DNA of 64,000 nt from an uncultured Methylobacterium sp. (GCA_964242725.1 CAXTCV010000004.1:721-64720), one strand, 5' to 3'; shown: positions 22,459 to 32,793, counted from the stretch's first letter. A program made the numbers and translations. Notes: a model not told the origin generated them from the sequence alone.

Positions 22459-23366
22459 TCCGCCGGTAGTTCGGAAGAGCGATCGGCGCTCCGGGCATCG
22501 ACGGAGCGGCCAATGCGGCCTCCGCCATACCGGACACGCGGCTCGACCGACGCTGCGACCGCCCCGACCCGGAGGCCTGCGCGCCCGGGTGGCCGGATGG
22601 TCGTGTGCGGTCTCGCGGACTTTGTCCGACAGATGCGGCGGGATGACTGCCATCGGTGCCGCGACCAGCGCAGGGTCGCCTGACGCGGTATTCCGTTCTT
22701 CATCCCGCACGGCCCCCCGGCGTCTCAGACTATCCCGTACGGGATCACCGGACGCTGGCAGCGGACGCCGACCTCGCTCGACCGCGTCGCCGGTGGGCAG
22801 AGCTGCCGGCCGAAAACCATCGGCTTCGGCCTCGCCGCGCTTGTGTTCGCGCTGTGTGCAAACTTCGGCCTGCGAAGCCGCGCCGCGCCGCGCCGCCGTC
22901 GACAGCGATGGATCGCCGTGCTCGGCGTCGCCCGGCGCTGACGAGCCCTTCGACAACCGCGCGCCGTTCGGCTGGCTCGTCGGCGGCGCGCAGGAGCCGG
23001 CCGCCGTCGCGCTCGGCGCCGTCCACGGTACCTCCTCACGTCCCCCGCGGACCCATCGATCGCACGCGGATCGGTGCCGCCCTGAGGGCGAGCTCGCGCA
23101 CCGCCATGTCCATGCTGAGATCCGACAGCAATCCTTCGATCATCGTCGGGGAAACGATCCTCTGTCTCGCGGTCTGGCCCGAAACGCCAAGCTGAGATAA
23201 GATTTATTTGCCGAATCATCTTTCATAAAGCTTCGGCCGTCCGGCCAGAAGGCCGGATATATACATTAATCACGGCCTTAGTACTGATAATAATCCTAAA
23301 TATCTGGATCTATTACTATGAACAAAGGGCCGCGAAGAAGCCAATACCATCATTGGGGGGTCAACA

Positions 23367-24929
23367 ATGCAGAATGAGGTCGTCATCAGCAGCATCAGCG
23401 GTGCTGGCGCGGCTGCCGGACAAACCGGCAGGGCATATCCGGCGAGCAAGGCCCGGCGCTTGCGGCCCGGCGGCCGCCGGGCGCTGATGCTCGGCGTTCT
23501 CCTCGGGGCACAGGGTGTGCTCTGGGCCGAAGGCTCGCATGGGCAGGACGCGCCGCCCGTAACTGCCGCCACCGGCGGCGACGCGAGCGGTGCCACCGTG
23601 CGGCCGACGCGTGCGCGCCGTCGCCCCCCGGTCGCGGGACTCCCGCTTGCCCGCCCGGCCACGGCGACATCCCCGAATCTCGCCCCGGCCGGAAGTCTCG
23701 ACACCCGCGCAACAGCACCGCAATGGGGCCTCTTCGGCAATCTCGGCGGCGTGCGTGATGACCTCTTCCGGGCCGGCATCCGGGTCGATGCCAACGTGGA
23801 CTATCAGGGGGCGACCAACCTCCAGGGCGGTACGCGCGGACAGTTGGTCCGCGGCAGCGGACAGTTCGTCCTCAAGGCGACCGCCGATATGAACCAGTTG
23901 GCCGGTATCGAAGGTGGCACGCTGAACTTCATCTTTACCGACCGCTTCGGCCGCAGCCTGCCCATCGACGCGCATCTGCGCGTCCTGCAGCAGACGGAAG
24001 AGGTCTACGGCCGTGGCAACATCCCGCGGCTGACAACTCTGTCCTACGACCAGCAGGTCGGCCCGTATGTCGATCTCAAATTCGGCCGCATGCCGGTCGG
24101 CTCGGACTTCGCGGGTTTTGCTTGCGAGTTCCAGAACCTGACGTTCTGCGGCGCCCAGCCCGGCAACCTCGTCGGTGGCTATTGGTACAACTGGCCGGTC
24201 TCGCAATATGCCGCGCGCCTGCGCCTCGGCAACTTGACGACCGGATACCTTCAGGCCGGCGTCTATCAGGTCAATCGCCGCGACCTCGACGATGGGTTCA
24301 ACTTCGACCCGACGGGGGCGACCGGCGTCCTGGCGATCTTCGAAGGTGCCGTCTTCCCGACCTTCGGCCCGTTCAGTTACCGCGGCAGCTACACGGTGGG
24401 TGGCTGGTTCCAGACGGCAGGTGGCTCCGATCTTCTCTTCAACACAGTCGGCCTTCCGCTCAGCGTGTCCGGCGGATCGCCGTTGGGCCATCAGGACCGC
24501 AGCGGCGTCTACGGCGTGGCGGTCCAGGAACTCTTCCGGCCCGACCCGGACGAGCCCGGCCACAACCTGTCCGGCTTCCTCCGGATGACCTTCGCCGAGT
24601 CACGGACTTCGCCGATCGATGAGCAGGAGACGGTCGGCCTCGTCTACAAGGGGTTCTGGGGAGCGCGCCCGTTCGACTGGATCGGCGTCGCCATCGGCCA
24701 GTCCCACGCGAGTTCGTCCGCGGCGCGGGGCATCGCCCTGTCGAACGCCTTCGGTGGCACATACCAGCCGGTGCCGGGCTACGAGCGCGTGCTGGAGGTC
24801 TTCTACAGCCTCGCCGTGACGCCGGACGTGGTGATCCGCCCGAACATCCAGTTCGTGAACCGCCCCGGTGGCGTCGCGCGGCGCGAGGACGTGGTCGTCT
24901 TCGGTGTGAAGAGCGGCATCACCTTCTGA
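23367..24929 (+). CDS. OprB-family carbohydrate-selective porin
   Basis: EEVYGRG, CEFQNLTFCG, YNWPVSQ, RPNIQFV..PGG motifs; C-terminal Phe. Confidence 0.9.
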   Translation: MQNEVVISSISGAGAAAGQTGRAYPASKARRLRPGGRRALMLGVLLGAQGVLWAEGSHGQDAPPVTAATGGDASGATVRPTRARRRPPVAGLPLARPATATSPNLAPAGSLDTRATAPQWGLFGNLGGVRDDLFRAGIRVDANVDYQGATNLQGGTRGQLVRGSGQFVLKATADMNQLAGIEGGTLNFIFTDRFGRSLPIDAHLRVLQQTEEVYGRGNIPRLTTLSYDQQVGPYVDLKFGRMPVGSDFAGFACEFQNLTFCGAQPGNLVGGYWYNWPVSQYAARLRLGNLTTGYLQAGVYQVNRRDLDDGFNFDPTGATGVLAIFEGAVFPTFGPFSYRGSYTVGGWFQTAGGSDLLFNTVGLPLSVSGGSPLGHQDRSGVYGVAVQELFRPDPDEPGHNLSGFLRMTFAESRTSPIDEQETVGLVYKGFWGARPFDWIGVAIGQSHASSSAARGIALSNAFGGTYQPVPGYERVLEVFYSLAVTPDVVIRPNIQFVNRPGGVARREDVVVFGVKSGITF

Positions 24930-24938
24930 CGGACTCCC

Positions 24939-24972
24939 GCCCCGACGCCGCCGGGCAGGGCGGCGTCGGGGC
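24939..24972. terminator. GC-rich hairpin between convergent porin and psd genes
   Basis: GCCCCGACGCCGCC / GGCGGCGTCGGGGC 14-bp stem. Confidence 0.55.
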
Positions 24973-25053
24973 GGCCCGGCGGGAACATCCACCTTCTCTG
25001 GTACGGACCACCGGGCGCGTCGCCTGATCCACACCCCGTCATCATCGAATGAC

Positions 25054-25947
25054 TCACGGCGCCGGAAGGCGCATGAGGGGCTCGCCCATGCGCAGGTGGT
25101 CGCCCGCGCGCAGCGTCGGGCAGAGTGCGAAGCCCGGCGGCGCCAGCACCACAATGGTCGAGCCGTGCTCGAACCAGCCCATCTCGTCACCCTTGGCGAG
25201 CGTCGCGGAACACGGCAGCGTCCGCCCCCCCGTCCGGCGCAGGGCTGCACCCTCCGGAAGGAAGCCCAGGCGCAGACCTGCCACCAGGATCGCCGCCACC
25301 GGCACCAGCGTGACCGCGTGGCCGCCCTCCGCCAGCCGCAGGCGAAGCACGGCGCGCTCGTTGCGGCAGAACAGGGCCTCGACGCGCTTCAGGGCGATCG
25401 GATTGACGTTCCAGGTGTCGCCCCAGATGTGCCGCACCGACTCGACCCGCAGGTCATGCGGCGCGTGAAAGCGGTGATACATCCCCGCCGTCAGCCGCAG
25501 GGTCGCGTAGGCGCCGCCCTCGTGCGCGTGCGCGAGAGCCGCGTCGCCCCCCAACAGATCGGCGAGCCGATAGGACAGGCCCTTGATCTGAAACAGGCGC
25601 CCCGCCTCGATCCGGCCATGCGCCCCGAGGATCGCGTCGCTCGGGCTGGTGAGGAGCGCGGGATCGGCCTCGACCGGCCGGGCGCCGGGCCGGAGCTTCC
25701 GCACGAAGGCGGCGTGGAGACTCGGGAAGCGCGTCTCGCGCGCGTCGCTGAGGTCGACGTCGCAGAACAGGCGCCAAATCGCGATCGACAGATCGCGGAT
25801 CTGCGGCTGCTCGAGCCGGCTGAACCAGCCCATGAACCGGGTCGCGAGCCGGCGCGGCAGGCGGTTGGTCAGCAGGAAGTTGAGGTCTTCCTGAGCGCCG
25901 ACCCGTGCCAGGGCCCGTCGGAGGGACGTTCCGGAAATCGTCATCAT
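25054..25947 (-). CDS. psd: Phosphatidylserine decarboxylase family proenzyme
   Basis: SPSDA, FQIKG..Y, YHRFHAP, LFCRNER and the GST self-cleavage motif (HGSTIVV). Confidence 0.92.
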   Translation of the reverse strand: MMTISGTSLRRALARVGAQEDLNFLLTNRLPRRLATRFMGWFSRLEQPQIRDLSIAIWRLFCDVDLSDARETRFPSLHAAFVRKLRPGARPVEADPALLTSPSDAILGAHGRIEAGRLFQIKGLSYRLADLLGGDAALAHAHEGGAYATLRLTAGMYHRFHAPHDLRVESVRHIWGDTWNVNPIALKRVEALFCRNERAVLRLRLAEGGHAVTLVPVAAILVAGLRLGFLPEGAALRRTGGRTLPCSATLAKGDEMGWFEHGSTIVVLAPPGFALCPTLRAGDHLRMGEPLMRLPAP

Positions 25948-25979
25948 GCCGTGAAGTGCCTCCGATAGGACGTGGGACG

Positions 25980-27671
25980 ATGTCCGCACTCCTCGTCACC
26001 CTGTCCGCCACCGCCGCCGCCGCGGTCTTCGCTCTGCCGCGCGCCGCGCAGCGCCTGGACCTGTCCCGGGCGAAGCACCGCTCGCTCGCCGGCCACGCCC
26101 GGATGGCGCGGCGGGTCGCCGGGCTGATCCCGAACTACGCCTATTCCGAGCGCGCCTTCTTCCGGTCCGACGATCCGGACGAGGCGGTGGCGCTGCGGCG
26201 CGAGGCGGCCTTCGCGCGGCTCTCCGCGCTGTTTCAGGCCCGGTACGCCCGCACACGCGCCGCGACCGAGGCGGTGCGCGACGGCCTGTCGGACCTCCAA
26301 TTCACCGGGCTCTACCGGGTGCCGTTCCAGTACGCCCGGCACGTCCGCGCGCATCTCGGGACGGGCGCCTTCGCGGCAGGATCGGAGGGCGTCACCGTCA
26401 CGGACCTCGACGGCAACGTCGCCTACGATCTCGCCGGGTCCTACGGGGTGAACCTGTTCGGCGTGGATTTCTATCGGGCCTGCCTGGAGGAGGGCAGCGC
26501 GCGGGTCTCCGCCCTCGGCCCGGTGCTCGGCGCCCTTCACCCGGTGGTCGTCGGCAACGTGGCGCGGCTGAAGGCGCTCTCCGGCCTCGACGAGGTCTCG
26601 TTCCACATGTCCGGCACCGAAGCGGTGATGCAGGCGGTGCGCCTCGCCCGCTACCACACCGGACGCCGCCGGATCGTGCGCCTGTGCGGCGCCTATCACG
26701 GCTGGTGGGGCGAGGTGCAGCCCGGCATCGGCAACCCGGTGCCGACCCGCGACACGCTCACCCTGACCGACATGTCCGAGCGGACGCTGCGGGTCCTGTC
26801 GCGACGGAAGGACGTGGCCTGCGTGCTCGTCAACCCGCTCCAGGCCATGCACCCCAATGCCGGGGCGCCGGCCGATTCGGCCCTGGTCGACAGCGGCCGC
26901 AAGGCCGCCTTCGACCGCGCGGCCTACACGACATGGCTGCACGAGCTGCGGGCGGTGTGCAGCGCCCGGGGCGTCGTGCTGATCCTCGACGAGGTCTTCC
27001 TCGGCTTCCGCCTCGCCCGTGGCGGCGCGCAGGAGTATTTCGGCCTGCGGGCCGACATGGTCACCTACGGCAAGACGCTGGGCGGCGGCCTGCCGGTCGG
27101 CGTCCTGTGCGGTCGCGCCGACCTGATGCGGCGCTATCGGGACGACCGCCCCGTCGATATCTGCTTCGCCCGGGGGACGTTCAACGCCCATCCCTACGTG
27201 ATGGGCGCCATGAGCGCGTTCCTCGACCGGCTGGACACACCGGAGGTCGCCGCCCTCTACGCGAACCTGGACGCCACCTGGGACGGACGCGCGGCGCGGC
27301 TCAACGCCCTGCTCGAGCAGGCCGGCCTGCCCGTCCGGGTGGCCAGCATGTCCACGGTCTGGACGGTCCTGTACACCAAGCCGTCGCGCTACAATTGGAT
27401 GCTGCAATTCTACCTGCGTGCGGAGGGGCTGGCCCTGTCCTGGGTCGGGACCGGCCGCCTGATCTTCAGCCTCGCCTACGACGACGCGGCCTTCGAGACG
27501 GTCGCGACGCGGTTCGTCGCGGCGGCCGAGGCCATGCGGGCCGGTGGCTGGTGGGATGCGGCGGCGCCGAGCAACACGGCGATCCGCCGCGCGATCCTCC
27601 GGGAGGTCGCGGCGGTTCGCCTCGGCGCATTCGGCGCCCGGCTCGGCCTGCACGCGCCGGACCAGGCCTGA
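25980..27671 (+). CDS. Class III PLP aminotransferase (GSA-aminomutase-like) with N-terminal membrane anchor
   Basis: SGTEA, AYHG, LILDEVFLGFR, TYGKTLGGG (PLP Lys) and GTFN motifs; about 120 aa N-terminal extension beginning with a hydrophobic stretch. Confidence 0.9.
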   Translation: MSALLVTLSATAAAAVFALPRAAQRLDLSRAKHRSLAGHARMARRVAGLIPNYAYSERAFFRSDDPDEAVALRREAAFARLSALFQARYARTRAATEAVRDGLSDLQFTGLYRVPFQYARHVRAHLGTGAFAAGSEGVTVTDLDGNVAYDLAGSYGVNLFGVDFYRACLEEGSARVSALGPVLGALHPVVVGNVARLKALSGLDEVSFHMSGTEAVMQAVRLARYHTGRRRIVRLCGAYHGWWGEVQPGIGNPVPTRDTLTLTDMSERTLRVLSRRKDVACVLVNPLQAMHPNAGAPADSALVDSGRKAAFDRAAYTTWLHELRAVCSARGVVLILDEVFLGFRLARGGAQEYFGLRADMVTYGKTLGGGLPVGVLCGRADLMRRYRDDRPVDICFARGTFNAHPYVMGAMSAFLDRLDTPEVAALYANLDATWDGRAARLNALLEQAGLPVRVASMSTVWTVLYTKPSRYNWMLQFYLRAEGLALSWVGTGRLIFSLAYDDAAFETVATRFVAAAEAMRAGGWWDAAAPSNTAIRRAILREVAAVRLGAFGARLGLHAPDQA

Positions 27672-27719
27672 CCCGGAAGCAGGCGCCGGACGCGTCGCGG
27701 CCCGGCGCCCGCTTCGATC

Positions 27720-28331
27720 TCAGGCGCCGTGCTCGTGCGGCTCGTGCTCCTCGACCAACTCGCCGTGCAGCAGGGCGAGCGGGGCCTTGTGGTAGAGCTT
27801 GATGTCGTGGAACGGGTCCGTGAGGATCTTGGCGGCCCAGACGAAGCCGGTCTGGACATCGCGCTGGACGAACAGCTGCAGCATGCGGAACAGCAGCCCC
27901 GCCACTGCCAGCCACAGCCAGATCCAGCCGACGTTTCGGATCAGGTCCGCCGTCGTCTGATGCGGTGAGATCAGCCCGAACAGGCTCGGATCGAAGTAGA
28001 GCGGCAGCGGCGACAGGGCCCAGATCGCCAGGAGCACGAGCTTCCGCTGAAGGTTGTAGCCGACCTTGATCTCTTCCTTGTGCTCGTGGCTGGCGTCGTT
28101 GACGTGGTCATAGCCCTTCGGCTCGAAGAACAGGTGGCCGGCCTGCCGCGAGGTCATGGCGATCAGCCAGCCGATGAGCGCCGCCGTGGCCGGGTCCTTG
28201 AAGGCCAGGGCATAGGCCACCAGGAAGCTGATCGCACTGACGACGTGCAGGCTCTGATTGACGCGGTTGTGGTGGTAGTACCGGTGATCGTCCCAGCGCT
28301 GGACGCGCAGAGCTTCCAGAAAGCTCGCCAT
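27720..28331 (-). CDS. Membrane protein, Mpo1/DUF962-like
   Basis: HRYYHHNRVNQSLH and RQAGHLFFE His motifs between TM helices. Confidence 0.7.
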   Translation of the reverse strand: MASFLEALRVQRWDDHRYYHHNRVNQSLHVVSAISFLVAYALAFKDPATAALIGWLIAMTSRQAGHLFFEPKGYDHVNDASHEHKEEIKVGYNLQRKLVLLAIWALSPLPLYFDPSLFGLISPHQTTADLIRNVGWIWLWLAVAGLLFRMLQLFVQRDVQTGFVWAAKILTDPFHDIKLYHKAPLALLHGELVEEHEPHEHGA

Positions 28332-28380
28332 GATGTGCTTCCTCGTCGAAGGGCGGGTTTGAGAGAGACTGGGCGGGGGT

Positions 28381-29067
28381 TCAGGCGTCGTGCTTGCGCA
28401 GGCGGACGAGGGAGAAATGTCCGAGGGGCGGAAGCGCCCGGCGCTCGACGATCTCCACGGGGGCTCCGGCCGCCCAGGCGGTGTAGCGATTCCAGGCGAA
28501 CTCGGTCCGCCAGCCCAGCCGGCTCGTGATCGGCGCCAGGGCGTGCTCGACGGTGCGGCGCAGGCCGTCCTCGGCGCCGACCCGCGTGGTGATGACGATC
28601 TCGCCGCCGGGGCGAAGGACCCGGGCGAACTCGTCGAGCGCCGCCTCGGGATTCGGCACCGCGGTGACGACGTATTGCGCGACGATCACGTCGAAGGAGG
28701 CGTCGGGAAAGTCGAGGTGTTCCGCATCCATCACGGCGAGGCGCTCGACGTTGCGCAGGCCGAGCCGCGCCACGCGCCGACGCGCCTTCTCCAGCATCGG
28801 CGCCGAGATATCGATGCCCACGATGCTGCGGGCCCGGCGATAGGCCGGCAGGGACAACCCAGTCCCGACACCGACTTCGAGGATGCGACCGCCGATCCGC
28901 TCCGCGGCCGCCGCCGCCAGGGTGCGTCCCTGGGCGAAGACCGGCCCGAACACCAGATCGTAGACGGGCGCCCAGCGCCCGTAGGCCTTGGCGACGCCGT
29001 CGCGGTCGAGGTCGGGGCCGAGCGCGCCTGCGCGCGATGAGCCGGTGCCGTGCATTCCAAGGGCCAT
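28381..29067 (-). CDS. Class I SAM methyltransferase, PmtA-type phospholipid N-methyltransferase
   Basis: AYGRWAPVYDLVFG, ILEVGVGTG and QYVVTAVPNPE motifs. Confidence 0.88.
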   Translation of the reverse strand: MALGMHGTGSSRAGALGPDLDRDGVAKAYGRWAPVYDLVFGPVFAQGRTLAAAAAERIGGRILEVGVGTGLSLPAYRRARSIVGIDISAPMLEKARRRVARLGLRNVERLAVMDAEHLDFPDASFDVIVAQYVVTAVPNPEAALDEFARVLRPGGEIVITTRVGAEDGLRRTVEHALAPITSRLGWRTEFAWNRYTAWAAGAPVEIVERRALPPLGHFSLVRLRKHDA

Positions 29068-29893
29068 GGGTGTTCGGTCTCGCTCTGTGTCAGGTCGAAG
29101 ATTGGTGAGAGAAGGCGTCTCCGCGCGGTCACCGGCGTCGCCGACTCGATCCGGGCCGGACCTACCGGCGTGCGCGAAGGGACCACCGGCCGGGGAGCCC
29201 CCGAGACGCTGTGTCTGCGCCTGGCACGGTGCTGTTCGACCGACTCGGCTGCGCGCGAGCGGCGAAGGAAACCAGTTCAGCACGCGCGCCAGCGGCCAGG
29301 ATGGCCCGGCCGGCCGCCAATGCGATCAGCGACATCACCGGACGCCAAACGTGATCAAGCGACGCGGAACAGCTGAGGACGTCGAACCGCCCTGTACGTC
29401 ATGGGTCCCACACCGCTTCTCCGGAGATCTTTTTCCGCCGGCAAAGCTATGACCATCGTTTGACAACGTTGTGACGGCAGCAAGAAGCATTTCGAAGTTA
29501 TCGGTTCGTTGGCAAACCAATTTTCCGGCGTTGTTCACGGCATGCAGATACTGCTTAGCCGACGCATCAAGGTCGAATTGGTCTTCGCCTCAAAACGGAC
29601 CGACGGCCGTGGAAATTGTCCGGGCGCGGTGGGGGGCGTGCAGCGCCACGCCGCTCGCCCCGCGCCGATCCCGGATGCCACGGCGACGATCGATGGCGAT
29701 CGATCACCGGAGTGGCGAGCGCCAGGCCTGGCCTGGTCCGCCGACGATCGGCGAACGCGCGATGATGTGAAGACGCGAGACCGGGGTTCGCCTCTTCGAC
29801 ATCTTCTCGCCCTGATATCGACGAGATGTGGCGGGGTATCGCCAAGCGGATGAGGCGCGCGGACGCGCCGGAGGAGTGTTACGCGTGATCGAC

Positions 29894-30679
29894 ATGATGC
29901 GGCCCCAGACCCTCGCGGTGGTGGCACTCGCCGGGCTCGCCTTGAGCGCCGGCCAGGCCGGCGCCGCGCAGTGCGGTAACACCGCTGCCGGCTTCGAGAC
30001 GTGGAAGCACCAATTCGCCGAGGAAGCGCGCGGCCGGGCCAGTGCGGCGAGCCTCGCGGCCCTTGAGAGCACCACCTATTCGACCGCCACGATCTCGGCC
30101 GACCGGGGGCAGCACAGCTTCAAGTTGTCGCTGGATCAGTTCCTGGCGAAGCGCGGCGGCCCGGCGATCGTCTCGCGGGGACGGGCTCTCAAGCGCACCA
30201 ACGCCGCCCTGTTCGAAACGATCGAGCAGCGCTACGGGGTGCCGCCGGGTCCGCTTTTGGCAATCTGGGGCATGGAGACCGGGTTCGGTGCCGTCCGCGG
30301 CAACGTCAACACCCTTTCGGCCGTGGCCACGCTGGCCTACGATTGCCGGCGTTCCGAATATTTTACGGACCAGCTCTACGCGGCACTGACCCTGGTCGAT
30401 CGCGGCCTGCTCACCGCGAATACCCGCGGTGCCGCGCATGGCGAGGTCGGCCACACGCAGTTCCTGCCGAAGAACGTGCTGGCCTACGGCACCGGCGATC
30501 TCAACAACGTCGGTGCCGCGCTGTCGTCCACCGCCAACTTCCTCAAGGCGCATGGCTGGCGCGCCGGCGCGGGCTATCAGCCTGGCGAGCCGAACTTCGC
30601 CGCGATCCAGGGCTGGAACGCCGCGTCCGTCTACGAGCGGGCCATCGCTCAGCTCGGGCGCCAGATCGACAACGAATAG
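29894..30679 (+). CDS. Lytic murein transglycosylase (MltB/SLT_2 family)
   Basis: Signal peptide, AIWGMETGFG catalytic Glu, LAYDCRRS, GHTQFLP. Start could be the GTG at 29885. Confidence 0.92.
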   Translation: MMRPQTLAVVALAGLALSAGQAGAAQCGNTAAGFETWKHQFAEEARGRASAASLAALESTTYSTATISADRGQHSFKLSLDQFLAKRGGPAIVSRGRALKRTNAALFETIEQRYGVPPGPLLAIWGMETGFGAVRGNVNTLSAVATLAYDCRRSEYFTDQLYAALTLVDRGLLTANTRGAAHGEVGHTQFLPKNVLAYGTGDLNNVGAALSSTANFLKAHGWRAGAGYQPGEPNFAAIQGWNAASVYERAIAQLGRQIDNE

Positions 30680-30996
30680 GGCAAGCCCGGCCGCGGGGCG
30701 ACGCGTCCGCATCCGAGGCGGACGCGCAACAACATCGGTCCGGCATCGGCGCGCGTGGAAGCGTTGTGTGCCGGATCCACAGCTTTCGACAACCGCTCAA
30801 ATGCCGAAGACTTGAGGAATTGACCCCCCGGCGCCCGAAAATGGTCCCGATCGATCCAAGATTGACCATGGAGCTGCCCCAGAAAAGCCCGCCGGACCCC
30901 GCTGTCTCAGGATGAGCGGGGCAGATCGGTCCGTCGTGCGGAGACCAGATCACCGGTGGGTGACGTCGGACGCGCGCCCGCCCCGCGACGAGGAGC

Positions 30997-32136
30997 ATGG
31001 GCACCCGCATGGCGATCGATTCTACGCCGCTGCACCACAGCGAGATCGGGCGGGCGCGGCATTCCTGCCGGGCACCGCTGGCGGTGCTGACCGGGGCCGT
31101 GGCCATGGCGCTCCTCGGCAGCGGTGTCCTGACCCGCGATCGTCAGATCGTCAACCCGACCGGGTATTCCGCAGCGCGCAGCGCCGCGATGACGCCGCAA
31201 ATCGAGGAACGAACCGCGGATCCGGATGCCGAGGCCTCGGCCGCGGACCCTGCGTCTGCCGAGGCGCTGACGGGTGAGATCGCGCCGGGGGAATCCTGGC
31301 GCGCCATCCCCGGCGGCGTACCGTCGCGCTGGGCCTGGACCCAGATCGGGCCGCTCGACCTCGCACCGAACCCGGAGACGGCCCCCACGGTCGGAACCGC
31401 AGAGCCGCCGCGCGCGGCCATTACCGTTCCGTTGCCGATCCCGCGCCCGCCGGAGTTGCGAGGCCTCGGAGCGTCCGCGCTCGCCCGCCGGGTCGAGCGC
31501 CGCGTGGCGCGACGCGACCTCCCACCGGCCCAGCCGGCGGCGCCGCCGGCGGATGACCGGTCGTTCCTCGAAAAATTCTTCGGGATCGAGCGCGCGCCGG
31601 GGCTGGCTTACGCAGCCCTGGAGAGCAAGCCTGCCGACGTCGCGCCGCAACGGCGGATCTCGCCGCCGCTGGCGATGACGCGCGAGCCGAGCGCGACGAC
31701 GGGTATCGCCGTCTACAACATCGCCACCCGGACCGTGAGCCTGCCGAGCGGCGAGCGGCTGGAGGCGCATTCCGGCCTGGGCGAGGGCCTGGACGACCCG
31801 CGGCTCGTCAACGTGCGGATGCGGGGGCCAACGCCGCCCGGAACCTACGACCTGACCGAGCGCGAGCAGCTGTTCCACGGGGTGCGCGCGATCCGGCTCA
31901 CGCCCGTGGGGGGCAGCGATGCGGTCTACGGCCGTGTCGGGTTGCTGGCCCATACCTTCATGCTGGGACCGCGGGGCGATTCGAACGGCTGCGTGTCGTT
32001 CCGGGATTACGATCGATTCCTTCAGGCCTTCCTCCGCGGCGAGGTCCAGCGCCTCGTGGTTGTCTCCGGCACACAGGATTCGGTGCCGACGATGGCGGAT
32101 GGCGGGCGCACCCGCTTGGCACGCGCCGGCAACTGA
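30997..32136 (+). CDS. DUF2778 (Tlde1-like L,D-peptidase fold) protein
   Basis: EAHSGLG, GPTPPGTY and LAHTFMLGPRGDSNGCVSF motifs; N-terminal TM and Pro-rich linker. Confidence 0.85.
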   Translation: MGTRMAIDSTPLHHSEIGRARHSCRAPLAVLTGAVAMALLGSGVLTRDRQIVNPTGYSAARSAAMTPQIEERTADPDAEASAADPASAEALTGEIAPGESWRAIPGGVPSRWAWTQIGPLDLAPNPETAPTVGTAEPPRAAITVPLPIPRPPELRGLGASALARRVERRVARRDLPPAQPAAPPADDRSFLEKFFGIERAPGLAYAALESKPADVAPQRRISPPLAMTREPSATTGIAVYNIATRTVSLPSGERLEAHSGLGEGLDDPRLVNVRMRGPTPPGTYDLTEREQLFHGVRAIRLTPVGGSDAVYGRVGLLAHTFMLGPRGDSNGCVSFRDYDRFLQAFLRGEVQRLVVVSGTQDSVPTMADGGRTRLARAGN

Positions 32137-32793
32137 GCCTGCGACGCGTTGCCGGGCACGGGCGCTTCCGTTCGGATCCGCCCGCCGAACCGCCGGCCTG
32201 GCCGGACCTCGGCGTACCCATCGGTGGACGGCATGTGGGACGGGTCGTCGCCTTTTCCCCGCGCAGGCCGCTCCCATCCGAAGGACCCAGCATCCGAGCG
32301 CACCGATCCGGGCGCGGCGATCGCCTGGAGATCGACCTCACACAGGACCGGCCTTGACTGCCCCATTCCCGGGCGACCGGTGATTGTCCTGTCGCACCTA
32401 ATCCTCTATGGGTCGGCGTCGCGGAGCTGAGCCGTTTCGGTCAGCATCGCGATTCCCGCAATGGTCGCCAGTTATGGGGCGACCATTCGGATCCGATCCG
32501 ACGGCGTCTACGGCGCCCGGACTGTGGTCCGTCACGGGCAATAACAAAGCCATCCCATCCGACACGCGCCAAGAGCCATTCGATCCTTGCCCTGCTCTTG
32601 CGGCGGCAAGGATGAGCGCGTGGAGTCGTGTGACGCGCGGGCGATCCGGGCTTGGTCCTGGCGCCGCGGGACGGTCCCGGGGAAGCGATCCTGGAAGCCG
32701 GGGAGGGGGAATTCCCCTTCGTCCGACGGGTACGTCTTCAGACCGCGGAGGTGCTCGCCGGGCACGTCCGATCCGCAAATACGGGATCCGACC

